The notes: a model not told the origin generated them from the letters alone. DNA of 57,031 nt from Histomonas meleagridis 2922-C6/04-290x (GCA_020184695.1 JAANOX010000122.1:1-57031); one strand, 5' to 3'; counted from the stretch's first letter, positions 33,748 through 44,173 are shown. A program made the numbers and translations.

Positions 33748-33954
33748 TTATTTATTTTCTTTTTCATAAGGTATAACATATATTTCACTATTTTGTCTTA
33801 AAGCTGAAAATGGTATTGGTTTCTCAAATATAATTGCATTCGTAAATGATACTCTTCTCTGTTTTACTATATCTTTTAAATTTGTAATTTCAGGAATATC
33901 TAACCTATTTTTGTAATAATAGGTTTCTATAACCTCAGGTTTATAATTAGACAT
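33748..33954 (-). CDS. Conserved unknown ORF Y, 68 aa (possibly truncated)
   Basis: MSNYKPEVIETYY...FTNAIIFEKP resembles MSSSTKVIKTYY...ISNSIYFEK at 43898 and occupies the same position. Confidence 0.55.
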   Translation of the reverse strand: MSNYKPEVIETYYYKNRLDIPEITNLKDIVKQRRVSFTNAIIFEKPIPFSALRQNSEIYVIPYEKENK

Positions 33955-33989
33955 GAATAAAAATGATTTAAATTTTATTAAATTACAAT

Positions 33990-34076
33990 GAATTTTTGAA
34001 ACTAAACTATGACAAATGGGACGTAGGCGTCCTTTAAGGACGCCTGGGATTTGGCATAGTTTAGTTTCAAAAATTC
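33990..34076. terminator. 87-bp intergenic hairpin
   Basis: 28-bp arms (33990..34017 / 34049..34076, 1 mismatch) around the GC palindrome aggcgtcctt-t-aaggacgcct; degenerate copy at about 43785..43862. Terminator role is inferred. Confidence 0.55.
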
Positions 34077-34109
34077 AAAACAATATATATATATATAAAT
34101 AATATTTTA

Positions 34110-34379
34110 TTATTTCTTTTGTCCAACTAGTGCATTTGCTACACCATCTATAACAGGTGAGAATTTATCTGCTATTTTAATTCCTTTTGCAATAGCACCT
34201 GCATGTCCAGGTAAATTTTCAATTCCAGGTATTTTACCTACTGTATTTACAACAGGTTTAGCTACTTTATTCCAAACATTTCCAATAAATCTACCGACTG
34301 GTTTAATAATTTTATTTTTAATCCAAGCACCAGCTTTTTTAAATCCGTTTTTAATTTTGTTCCAAAAACCCCACGCCAT
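34110..34379 (-). CDS. 89-aa basic amphipathic protein (pVI-like paralog b)
   Basis: MAWGFWNKIKNGFKKAGAWIKNKIIKPVGRFIGNVWNKVAKPV; intact here, frameshifted copy at 43487..43763. Confidence 0.7.
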   Translation of the reverse strand: MAWGFWNKIKNGFKKAGAWIKNKIIKPVGRFIGNVWNKVAKPVVNTVGKIPGIENLPGHAGAIAKGIKIADKFSPVIDGVANALVGQKK

Positions 34380-34409
34380 AAATAATAATAAAAATAAATA
34401 TTTATTTCT

Positions 34410-34694
34410 TTATTTATAAAATGCAGGATGTAAATTAGACAGGATCTTATCATTTGCTTCCATACCTACTGGTTTAAATATAGGAGCTATTCTATCCCCT
34501 ACTTCAAATATTTTATCTACAGGTAATTTCTTTAAAGGTCCTATCTTTTTAATATATTCTTTATGTTGTTTTGCAAATTCATAACCTTTCGCAATATGAG
34601 GACTAATTTTTGTGAAGCCTTCTTTCACTTTTTTAAGTAAAGATCCTATTTTCTTTATACCTGATTTAAATTTATTTTACAACCCCCACGCCAT
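34410..34694 (-). pseudogene. Basic amphipathic protein (pVI-like paralog a), about 94 aa, TAA at codon 6
   Basis: MAWGL*NKFKSGIKKIGS...KEGFTKISPHIAKG; the copy at 53285 has TGG at that codon. Confidence 0.7.
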
Positions 34695-34728
34695 TAAAAA
34701 TTATGAAAAATATTTTTCATTTTTATTA
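34695..34728. promoter_or_regulatory. 34-bp palindromic bidirectional spacer between paralog a and the capsid gene
   Basis: The perfect 18-bp palindrome atgaaaaatatttttcat (34703..34720) gives TCAT(T/A) about 11 nt before each ATG. Confidence 0.5.
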
Positions 34729-35982
34729 ATGTATTATAATAATACTCAATCTAAAAATGAACAAAATGATCAAGGTAATGTTGAAGCTTATTTTGATCGT
34801 CTTAAAGATTGAATTGCTAAAAATGATGGTACTCGTTCTTTTATTTTTAAGAACTGAAGATTGTCATGATCAAAATGCACCATTTAATCAATCTCAAGAA
34901 ACTAGATTAAGAATTACTCATGGTGATCATATGATTTCACAAATAACTGAAGGTTTTATTAATTTTAAAATTAGAATAACTGTACAATTATCAAAAGCTA
35001 TTTCATCTGGTAATTTACAAGATCCTGAAAATTTAGCTAAAATATTTATAGGTTTTAAGAGTTCTAATCAATTATTAGATCAATTACAAATTATGTCTAA
35101 TAATATTTCTACTGGTTATCAACAAAATGAATGTTGTCGTGAAGGTTATTGTTATTCTACAATTAAACCCAAAAAAAAAAAAAAAACTAGGAAATATACA
35201 CATTCTTTATATGAAAATGTTTCAGAATATTCTCAATCTGTTTGTGGTACTTATGTTGATTTAAATACAATTGCAGATGGAAATAAACATGATATCGAAT
35301 TTGAAATGAATCTTCCATTTGAAGATATATTAGCTTTACAAGCATTTGATTTATATCCAAATAGATTAGTTGGTGATATAGAATTAAAGTTTTATGTTAT
35401 TCAAAATGGTTTAGTATGGTGTCAAGTAGATCCACGTAAAATTAAAGAAGTTAAAGAATTTTTTTAGAAGATTCTACTATTAATGCTATATTTAATAATT
35501 TACCTTTATTTACTCATGGTTTTACTCAAATAGGTAATTCTGCTAATATTACTACTACATTTAAATGTGATACTGAAACTAATCATACTATTGATACTGC
35601 AACTGAGAATGTTTCTTTATATTGTACAGGTTTAACAGTAGTTTCATGTAAATCTAATATGTTTGGATTTGGAGTTAAAGAAGAAACTTTAAATAAAAAT
35701 AGCTCAAATACTTCAACAACCTGGAGGTTTAATAATTCCTTCACAACAATTAGATTATAATGCATTTGCTTTTAGCTGCTACTGAATCTGGTATACAATC
35801 TACTATTAATATGCCTTTATTTAATGTTACAACTATTACAGTTGTATTTCCAAAACATGCTAATGATTATACTTGTTTTGATAATCCTATTTATAATAAT
35901 GTACAATTAACTATTGCAGGTCAAAATTATCCTGATGAACCAGTAAGTACTTTAGGTGCTAGATTTTTACAATATCAATTAG
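34729..35982 (+). pseudogene. Putative double jelly-roll major capsid protein, N-terminal three quarters
   Basis: MYYNNTQ...VEAYFDRLKD, FIGFKSSNQLLDQ, SVCGTYV, FEMNLPFEDIL...YPNRLVGDIELKF, LVWCQVDP, NPIYNNVQL. Consensus across copies is about 540 aa. It resembles the metamonad Polinton-like capsid family from memory; no search was run. Confidence 0.7.
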
Positions 35983-36363
35983 TTAAAAGAAATAGATCCA
36001 TATCATATGAAGAAAATTGTCGGTAATTATAATAATACTTATCATAAAACATTAAGTCAATTAAATCACAAAAAAATTTCACCAATAGATACTTTTAAAC
36101 AAGGAAAATCTTTTGGTTTAGAGTTACATAAATTAAATGATAAAATTATGAAACAAAATAGATTTAATTTACCTCCTGGTACAACAGTAACAGTTTATAA
36201 TACAGATCAACTAAAAAAGAGATCAAAAATATTATCAGATATTTTTATAGTAGATAATTTCGATAAAGGTAAATATAATATTCATAATGAAGAAGGAATA
36301 AAAATGTCAGTACCAAGATATTTATTAAATCCTGTGCCTTATCCTATTAATTTTAATAAATAA
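35983..36363 (+). pseudogene. rve integrase C-terminal fragment joined to the capsid gene by deletion
   Basis: KEIDPYHMKKIVGNYNNTYHKTL...SVPRYLLNPV is homologous to 25273..25698. Confidence 0.75.
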
Positions 36364-36874
36364 ATACTTTTTCTAATGATATATTGAATTCATCCATTAA
36401 TGTGTTATATTCTTTATTATATTGAGAACTAACATCATAACCATTAATCTTAATTGAGTTAACTTTTTTAATTGGATTTACATGTTTTAAACATCAAGGT
36501 TCAGGATCTTCATAACTTAATCTAACTTGATTAAAATCAATTTCTAAAATTAAACTTATAGCTTGTATTAAATCATTAGCATTAATAATAATTTTTCCAC
36601 TATTATCAATTAAATTTGCTATTAATTTCATATTATTTGTTTTTAATATAGCACTAAATGTTAAAGCTATATGTTTATATAAAGCACTAGCATTATCAGT
36701 ATTAAGATCAGTTTCTCTTGTAATTATTTTTGGTGTTTCTTCATTAACTTCAGGATAATGTACTGGTGTTTCACTATTGTTATTATTAATAATAACTTTA
36801 CAATTAGCACTAGAACTATTATGTTCAGTATTATTCTTCCCTACATGGGGTGAAAAATCACTTATTTTAATCAT
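36353..36874 (-). pseudogene. ORF Z, second copy (one in-frame TGA)
   Basis: MIKISDF...SYEDPEP*CLKHVNPIKK...EKVFIY*. Confidence 0.65.
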
Positions 36875-36995
36875 AAAAAAATAATGATTTTAAAAAAAAT
36901 TTTCTTTATTTAGAAACCACGTTTAGTGTTAATATATTTATATAATGATGATTTAACATCTGCAAATTTATTCTTATCTAGTAAAATCTTAGAAA

Positions 36996-38305
36996 CTAAT
37001 ATTTTTGACCTGCCAATATCTTATTCATTCTTGTTTTTATAATGTCATTATAAAATTTAGCAGATACACTAAGTATTGAAAACATTCTTTTAATCATAGC
37101 TAACTTTACAGGAAGTTGTTCATCATCAGCATTATTCTTTTGATAATCTTTAAGATAATCATTATAAATTGGCTTAATAACATATCTAGTAAACACTTGA
37201 TTTGCTGTTCTCCTTCTTGGTTTGTGTGTTTTATAAACATCTCTAACACCTGTATCTTGATAATACTTTAAATTAAATTTATCAACAGTATCCATAATTT
37301 GTCTATCTTCTGGGGTAGGTTCTACCCTAGGATCATCAAATGGCTTATTATCATCATATGTAACTTTTTCTTATATATTTATCCATAAATTCATCGAAAT
37401 CCTCTATATGTTGACCTTTTGCTCTCAAAAAGTTTTCTATGTTGTGTACTACCATATTTTTGTTGGAAAAATCTTATATATTGACTTTCATATAGGTCAT
37501 GTTGTTTAACCGTCCATCCATTTACAAATTTTGCTCTTTTATGTTGATCTGCAACTATAACATCTGGAATACCATCCTTATTTATATCTTCTTCAATTGC
37601 AGTCCAATGATATCTTGGATCCTTTTTATCTTTATTATGTTTTTCAACTAATTCTCTTGCACCATCTATTGTTTGAAGCTCTCTAATTTTTTTAACATCT
37701 TTCTTTAAATCAAGAATAAGATGTGCTAATGTGTCCATATTTTCATCCAATATAACATTACTTCCTCCAGTATATTTATATTTTGATTTATCTTCTATAA
37801 AATCATACATTTTACCATCAGGAGTTCTAATTTGATATTCATGAGGTCTTGGAGGTGGTGGTAAACTTTTGGTATTTGTTCTTCTTTTTTGATATTTTCC
37901 GTCCACTTTTTCATAACCCAATGGTGGAATTTCGTTAGACAAAATTGGTTTAATGTTGTCGATAGTTATTGTTGGCTGCACTGATGAAAAATGATCTACA
38001 TATTCTGTTTCTTCCAAAGCATCATCCTTTTGTACTTCTGGATGAAATGGAGCTAGTTCGTCAAAAAACGGATGTTGAATATTTTGTAAATACATCAATA
38101 TATTGTCCCATAAAGTATTCTGAGCTATATTGGTTGTTTTTAATGTTTGCCATATTTTTATTTGATTATTGAGATCATTTATAGTTTTATCGGTTTGTTG
38201 ATTTTTCCATTCTCTTAAGTTATCTTAAGCACCATTCATATCGACCCCCAGAACATTGAGATAAGTAGCTATTTAATTATCTATACCCCTTTCTCTATAT
38301 GACAT
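36996..38305 (-). pseudogene. ORF W, long variant (disrupted)
   Basis: MSYRERGIDN*IATYLNVLGVDM...; core DENMDTLAHLILDLKKDV...EEDINKDGIPDVIV; RRRTANQVF. Confidence 0.65.
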
Positions 38306-38337
38306 TAAAAAAAAAATGAATTTTGATTTATCATTTT

Positions 38338-39146
38338 TTATTCAATTTTTATATTTTGATTATTAACATCAATAAATATTTTTTGATGACCAGATAATTT
38401 TTGATAAACTGAATAAATTTGATCTTTAGTATAAGGCAATGGTATTTGTTCAATCATATATCTTAATTGTTGTTTAGAGAAATTAGGAAATATAAATATA
38501 GTACTTACATTAGCTTTAACTTCAGCAGGTAAAGATTTCCAAAATTGTACAGCGAAAAATACAGAACATTGAATATGAGCTAATTTAGTAAATAATTGAT
38601 TAAAATAATTAGTAGGTTTTTTAAATAAAGGACTATTAGCACAATCTTCAAAAAATATTATAGTATGTAAAGTTAAATTATTAAAATTATTAATATATAA
38701 TTTTTCAAATAATTCAGATATTTGATTATCTAATATTTTATTTTCCCAATGATTATTTTTTTATTTCATTATAAAATTTTTTCCATTTTTAATATATCTT
38801 TAACTATATTTTTCTGCTTGATTTTTCAGCTACATATAATATTGGAATCTTTATTAAAGGTTTTAATGATTCAAATGTAGGATCATTTTTCTAATCCATT
38901 TTTTTATTAATATAAATTAATAAATGAGTTCTAGGACTAATATTACTAATTTTAATAATTTCTCTAATTATACATTGAGTTTTTCCCACTTCTTTTTCTA
39001 CCTACTGCTATATTTAAAGAATTATAAGGTACATTCACCACTGGATGAATTTCACTTATTAATTCTTCATTTAATTTAGGTTTATTTTTATATAAGCAAT
39101 AATCAATCATATTATCTATGACATCAATATTAATATCGTTTTCCAT
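38338..39146 (-). pseudogene. A32-type packaging ATPase, copy 3 (homopolymer frameshifts)
   Basis: Near-identical DNA to copy 2; extra bases in T/A runs near 38990, 38900, 38845 and 38760. Confidence 0.85.
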
Positions 39147-39185
39147 AAAATAAAATAATTTTATAAAATCAATTCATTATTATTA

Positions 39186-39578
39186 ATGGAAGCTCTTTAT
39201 ACATGCTTTGCACAAGAATTTAAAGATTGTGATTTTAGTGCTATAAATATTAAACCTTCCTTTTCTATCGTTAAAAATAAAAATGTAATAACTTTAACTA
39301 TAACTGTATATAATAAATATCATAATTTATTAAGAAAACAAATTTATAAATTTATAGATGAAAAATATCATCCTACTATTAAAAATCCTTTACAAAATAT
39401 AACACCTGAACAATTAGATCAAGCTTATCAAATATCTAAAATGGAATTATTAAATCAAATATTTAATGATAATTTTGATGAATATAATGCCTTTGTAAAT
39501 AAATTGAATGTTTTACAAAATTATGCTAACTCAATGATGCCTCAAAATCAAAATGATCAAGCTCAAAATGTCTTATAA
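39186..39578 (+). CDS. ORF MEALY, 130 aa
   Basis: Intact third copy. Confidence 0.75.
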   Translation: MEALYTCFAQEFKDCDFSAINIKPSFSIVKNKNVITLTITVYNKYHNLLRKQIYKFIDEKYHPTIKNPLQNITPEQLDQAYQISKMELLNQIFNDNFDEYNAFVNKLNVLQNYANSMMPQNQNDQAQNVL

Positions 39579-40044
39579 AATAAAACTTAATGTCATTAAT
39601 ATTTTTTGACGTTTGAAAAGTGACACATTTGACTGAATAAATGTACAATGATTTTTTTATGTAATTTTTATGGACAGGGAATCAGTGTAAAAAAAATGAA
39701 TTGATTTTGATCGTATTTACCCACTTTTGAATTAACGATAGATTCAATTTTTACAGTTATGTACTAACTTAAGATATAAATTAATTTATCGAGATCATGG
39801 GAAACAATCAGTAAACTATTTAAACAGGAAATATTTGATAGTACAGTCTTTATTCAGTTCAAAAAGTCATCGTGATCAAAACTCTCAGAAAACAACATTA
39901 TCGCTATTCAATTTTATGATCCTATATTTCTTAATTCCTAAAAGAAGTACTCAATATTTGAAAAAGTTTGTGTTTCAAAATAATAAAAAATATATCAAAA
40001 AGTCTAACTGTATCGAAATATTTAGAATCACCTCACATCTAAAA

Positions 40045-40275
40045 ATGGAATATCCAGTCCAAAGCATCTCTGCGCCACGCATTAAGAAAGGGGTGGTGTC
40101 TTTCCTGGTGCATTGGGGCACAGGAGAGTTCACTAGAGAACCCCTGGAATGCTTAGTACCGGGAAGTCTTGATCTTCTCTATGACTGGATCAAGACTCAT
40201 AGACCGAATTTAAGACCGGAGATTGTTCATACGATGTATGAACAAATTGAGTCAGCAATCAAGGAAATGGAGTAA
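40045..40275 (+). CDS. 76-aa stand-alone chromodomain-like protein
   Basis: EYPVQSISAPRIKKGVVSFLVHWGTGEFTREPLECL fits the chromo pattern YxVExI...kG...YLVKW...TWEP; TCACA initiator-like motif 12 nt upstream. Confidence 0.6.
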   Translation: MEYPVQSISAPRIKKGVVSFLVHWGTGEFTREPLECLVPGSLDLLYDWIKTHRPNLRPEIVHTMYEQIESAIKEME

Positions 40276-41161
40276 ATAAAAAAAATACTTCTAATTTTTT
40301 TAATCTAAATAAAATTGAGATCTAATTTCAAATAATTTTTATTTAATAACCATCAGGAGTACCATTAGGATAATATTTCAATCCATTATGTAAATCTAAT
40401 GTGAAATAAGTATCACGACAAATGAATAATTGTGGAGGAGGTGGATGATTTCCAGTATCATCAACATTATAATAAGTATCATTAGCTAGTGTATAAATAG
40501 GTTGCCCCTTAATTTGTATTGGTATATTTTGACCGTTAGAGTATAAGCCGTCGAATACGTAACCACCACGTGAACGTTCACATTGTATATTAAGCATAAA
40601 TGAGGTAGCATCACTTAATGTATTATTATATCTTGTACCATTAGAATCATTTCTATCCATAGTTAAAGAATCTTCAAATTCTTTAGTACATTGTATACCA
40701 CCATCTAAATCAGAAGCAACTAATTGATATTGTAAAAATCTAGCACCTAAAGTACTTACTGGTTCATCAGGATAATTTTGACCTGCAATAGTTAATTGTA
40801 CATTATTATAAATAGGATTATCAAAACAAGTATAATCATTAGCATGTTTTGGAAACACAACTGTAATAGTTGTAACATTAAATAAAGGCATATTAATAGT
40901 AGATTGTATACCAGATTCAGTGTTCTAACCCGATTTGGTCTCCAAATGAACGGTGAATGAACGGTCGTCGATGTAAAGCAATCAAAAAGTTGTTGGTTAT
41001 ATTTAATAATCATACATAAAAACTGTCATAAAAGTGCATAATTTTTAGAATTTTGATTCACCAAAGTAATAAAAATATTATTTATGAATTTTCTGTATCA
41101 ATTCAATATTGTAATACTTTATTAATATTATTTAATTTCGAATTCTTTACTCACTTTTTGA

Positions 41162-41710
41162 ATGGAGAGAGGTCCTTATAAGCAACAAATCTATACATTC
41201 GAACAAATATTAGAATTTGAACGAAGAATAAAAGAACACAAGCAAACAATCAAGGGGCTGATGAAGGAAGAAAAAATAGGAATCAAGCGCCTTAAAAAAG
41301 AATTTGCTCTTGCTCAAGTTCCATTTCCAGAGATCCAACGGGGAAAGCCATCAGAGATCACAAATGCCTCAGCTCTAGCTCGGATTGTTATCGACAATGG
41401 AGGGGAGTTTGTTGGTAAACCCTACCAAGCTATTCTTTCACACAATGGGATAAAAGATTGGCGAACTGCACCATACACACCACAACAAAATGGGAAAATG
41501 GAAAGGTGGTGGGAAACATATGAAATATCAAAAGGTGCATCCGATCTTCAAACTGTCATTTATGAATATAACTTTGCATGGAGACACCACGGTCTTCATG
41601 AGATGACAAGAAAGTGGATGACACCATCAGACATGTGGCTGAGTGAACCTCATTGGTCACCTGGATGCCCTGACGAAGTTGAATTCGTCAAAAAGATATC
41701 TGCTAAATAA
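41162..41710 (+). CDS. Internally deleted IS481-like transposase, 182 aa, open frame
   Basis: Has IVIDNGGEF and YTPQQNGKMERWW but no first-Asp motif (WHxD); the N-terminal helical region is fused directly to the core. Confidence 0.7.
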   Translation: MERGPYKQQIYTFEQILEFERRIKEHKQTIKGLMKEEKIGIKRLKKEFALAQVPFPEIQRGKPSEITNASALARIVIDNGGEFVGKPYQAILSHNGIKDWRTAPYTPQQNGKMERWWETYEISKGASDLQTVIYEYNFAWRHHGLHEMTRKWMTPSDMWLSEPHWSPGCPDEVEFVKKISAK

Positions 41711-41931
41711 AAATTTAGCATACTTTTTTCTGACTGAAATGTTTGAACTCTTTATCAGACTTTGTTTGGCAAAGCATGGTGATCGATGAAGACAATCGAT
41801 CTACTGATCAATCGATCAACATCAACCGACCCACCTGTTTTGTATTCTGTTGCAGTTGAAATTGCGTTATCACCAGTATAATCTAACCACAACCGTTCCA
41901 ATTAGCACAAAAACATTGCACACAAACACCC

Positions 41932-41996
41932 GTCGGTTATTGATCGGTATGCATTGAAAAACCTAGTTTTCCAATGCATACCGATCAATAACCGAC
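41932..41996. repeat. 65-bp hairpin, perfect 25-bp arms
   Basis: gtcggttattgatcggtatgcattg (41932..41956) and caatgcataccgatcaataaccgac (41972..41996). Confidence 0.95.
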
Positions 41997-42937
41997 CGGT
42001 CGAATAAGTAACAATCAAAACCGTTAATTTTTTTTACGATATATGACCGTTTATTTGGAGATCAAATCGGGTTACTACATGTATACCATATTCAGTAGCA
42101 GCTAAAGCAAATGCATTATAATCTAATTGTTGTGAAGGAAATATTAAACCTCCAGGTTGTTGAAGTATTTGAGCTATTTTTATTTAAAAGTTTCTTCTTT
42201 AACTCCAAATCCAAAACATATTAGATTTACATGAAACTACTGTTAAACCTGTACAATATAAAGAAAACATTCTCAGTTGCAGTATCAATAGTATGATTAG
42301 TTTCAGTATCATATTTAAAATGTAGTAGTAATATTAGCAGAATTACCTATTTGAGTAAAAACCATGAGTAAATAAAGGTAAATTATTAAATATAGCATTA
42401 ATGAAACATTTTCATATAAAGAATGTGTATATTTCCTAGTTTTCTTTTCAGCATAGGGTTTAATTGTAGAATAACAATAACCTTCACGACAACATTCATT
42501 TTGTTGATAACCAGTAGATATTTTATTAGACATAATTTGTAATTGATCTAATAATTGATTAGAACTCTTAAAACCTATAAATATTTTAGCTAAATTTTCA
42601 GGATCTTGTAAATTACCAGATGAAATAGCTTTTGATAATTGTACAGTTATTCTAATTTTAAAATTAATAAAACCTTCAGTTATTTGTGAAATCATATGAT
42701 CACCATGAGTAATTCTTAATCTAGTTTCTTGAGATTGATTAAATGGTGCATTTTGATCATGACAATCTTCAGTTCTTAAAATAAAAGAACGAGTACCATC
42801 ATTTTTAGCAATTCAATCTTTAAGACGATCAAAATAAGCTTCAACATTACCTTGATCATTTTGTTCATTTTTAGATTGAGTATTATTATAATACATTAAT
42901 AAAAAAATGAAAAATATTTTTTTCATAATTTTTTTAA

Positions 42938-43167
42938 ATGGGTTGGGGTTTTTGGAATAAAATCAAAAAGGTTTGAGCAAATTTCAGTTAAGTAAAGAAC
43001 AACAAGAAAAATTCAACAAAAATGTGAAAAAATGGTTAGAACATGAAAAGAATTTAGGTAATAAAAATAGAATTCTACCATATAAACCTAATGATAAAAT
43101 AATATTTAAAGATGTAAAAGAAAAAGTTAGGAATAAGTTAATATTACAGGATTTAATAAAACAATGA
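42938..43167 (+). pseudogene. pVI-like paralog c (MGWGFWNKIKKGLSKF...), single A-run frameshift
   Basis: ATG GGT TGG GGT TTT TGG AAT AAA ATC AAA; one added A joins it to ORF 42973..43167. Confidence 0.65.
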
Positions 43168-43187
43168 ATTTATTTTTATTATTATTT

Positions 43188-43460
43188 ATGGCTTGGGGTT
43201 TTTGGAACAAAATTAAAAAAGGGAATAAAGAAAATATAACCTTTACTCAAAAATGAAAGAAGGATTTAAAATTAGTCCACATATTGTGAAAGGTTATGAA
43301 TTTGCTAAACAACATAAAGAAAACATAAAAAAAATAAGACCTTTTAAAAAGTTACCTGTGGATAAAATATTTGAAACCGGTGATAAAATAATTTTATTAT
43401 TTAAAAAAATATAGGAAATGAAGCAAATGACAAGATCCATCTCATATTTTATCAATAGAA
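43188..43460 (+). pseudogene. pVI-like paralog a, degraded
   Basis: MAWGFWNKIKKG...ISPHIVKGYEFAKQHKE...LPVDKIFE. Confidence 0.7.
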
Positions 43461-43486
43461 TTAATATTTTATATATATTATTATTT

Positions 43487-43763
43487 ATGGCTTGGAGTTT
43501 TTTTGGAACAAAATTAAAAAAATGGATTTAAAAAGCAGGTGCTTGGATTAAAAAAATAAAAATTATTAAACCAGTCGGAAGATTTATTGGTAATGTATGG
43601 AATAAAAGTAGCTAAACTTGTTGTAAATACAGTAGGTAAAATACCTGGAATTGAAAATTTACCTGGTCATGCAGGTGCTATTGCGAAAGGAATTAAAATA
43701 GCAGATAAATTCTCACCTGTTATAGATGGTGTAGCAAATGCACTAGTTGGTCAAAAGAAATAA
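43487..43763 (+). pseudogene. pVI-like paralog b with multiple homopolymer indels
   Basis: Aligns end-to-end with 34110..34379. Confidence 0.75.
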
Positions 43764-43897
43764 TAAAATATTATTTATATTTTGTTTTGAAACTATTCCG
43801 AATCCCAGGCGTCCTTAAAGAACACCTGTGTCCTATTTGTCATAGTTTAGTTTCAAAAATTCATTATAATTTAATAAAATTTTTCATTTTTTTATTA

Positions 43898-44173
43898 ATG
43901 TCTAGTAGCACGAAGGTGATCAAGACTTATTATGACGATGAGACATCAAATTCATCAACGATAGAGAAAGAAACTGAGTTAATAGATCCATCTATCCAGT
44001 ATATAAAGTTACCAAAACTAACTATTAGTAATTCAATTTATTTTGAAAAAAATTATCAAATTATTCAATTGAAAGACAAAATAGTAGAATATATTCATCA
44101 CCTTCTAGTTTTTTATAGAATCAAAATAAATAAAAAAATTAAAATCATTTTATTATTTTTTAGGCACTCTTGA
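43898..44173 (+). CDS. ORF Y, 91 aa
   Basis: ATG at 43898 after the hairpin and a TCATT motif; homologous to 33748..33954. Confidence 0.55.
   Translation: MSSSTKVIKTYYDDETSNSSTIEKETELIDPSIQYIKLPKLTISNSIYFEKNYQIIQLKDKIVEYIHHLLVFYRIKINKKIKIILLFFRHS

Larger units (their letters stand above)
33195..39578. mobile_element. Endogenous Polinton-like virus fragment with internal deletions: X >< Y, hairpin, < pVI-like b < pVI-like a <> MCP :: integrase >< Z < W < ATPase <> MEALY
   Basis: This copy physically links the capsid module to the integrase/ATPase module. Confidence 0.8.
40921..42079 (+). mobile_element. IS481-like non-autonomous element with 34-bp TIRs and a 16-bp target-site duplication
   Basis: TIRs tgttctaacccgatttggtctccaaatgaacggt / tgtagtaacccgatttgatctccaaataaacggt (4 mismatches). 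Flanks tgtataccagattcag (40905..40920) and tgtataccatattcag (42080..42095). Confidence 0.9.
40343..42896 (-). pseudogene. Putative major capsid protein split by an IS481-like insertion, with an internal deletion near 42390
   Basis: The N-part 42080..42896 and C-part 40343..40920 rejoin to the sequence seen at 35761..35982 and 52133..52720. Confidence 0.75.
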
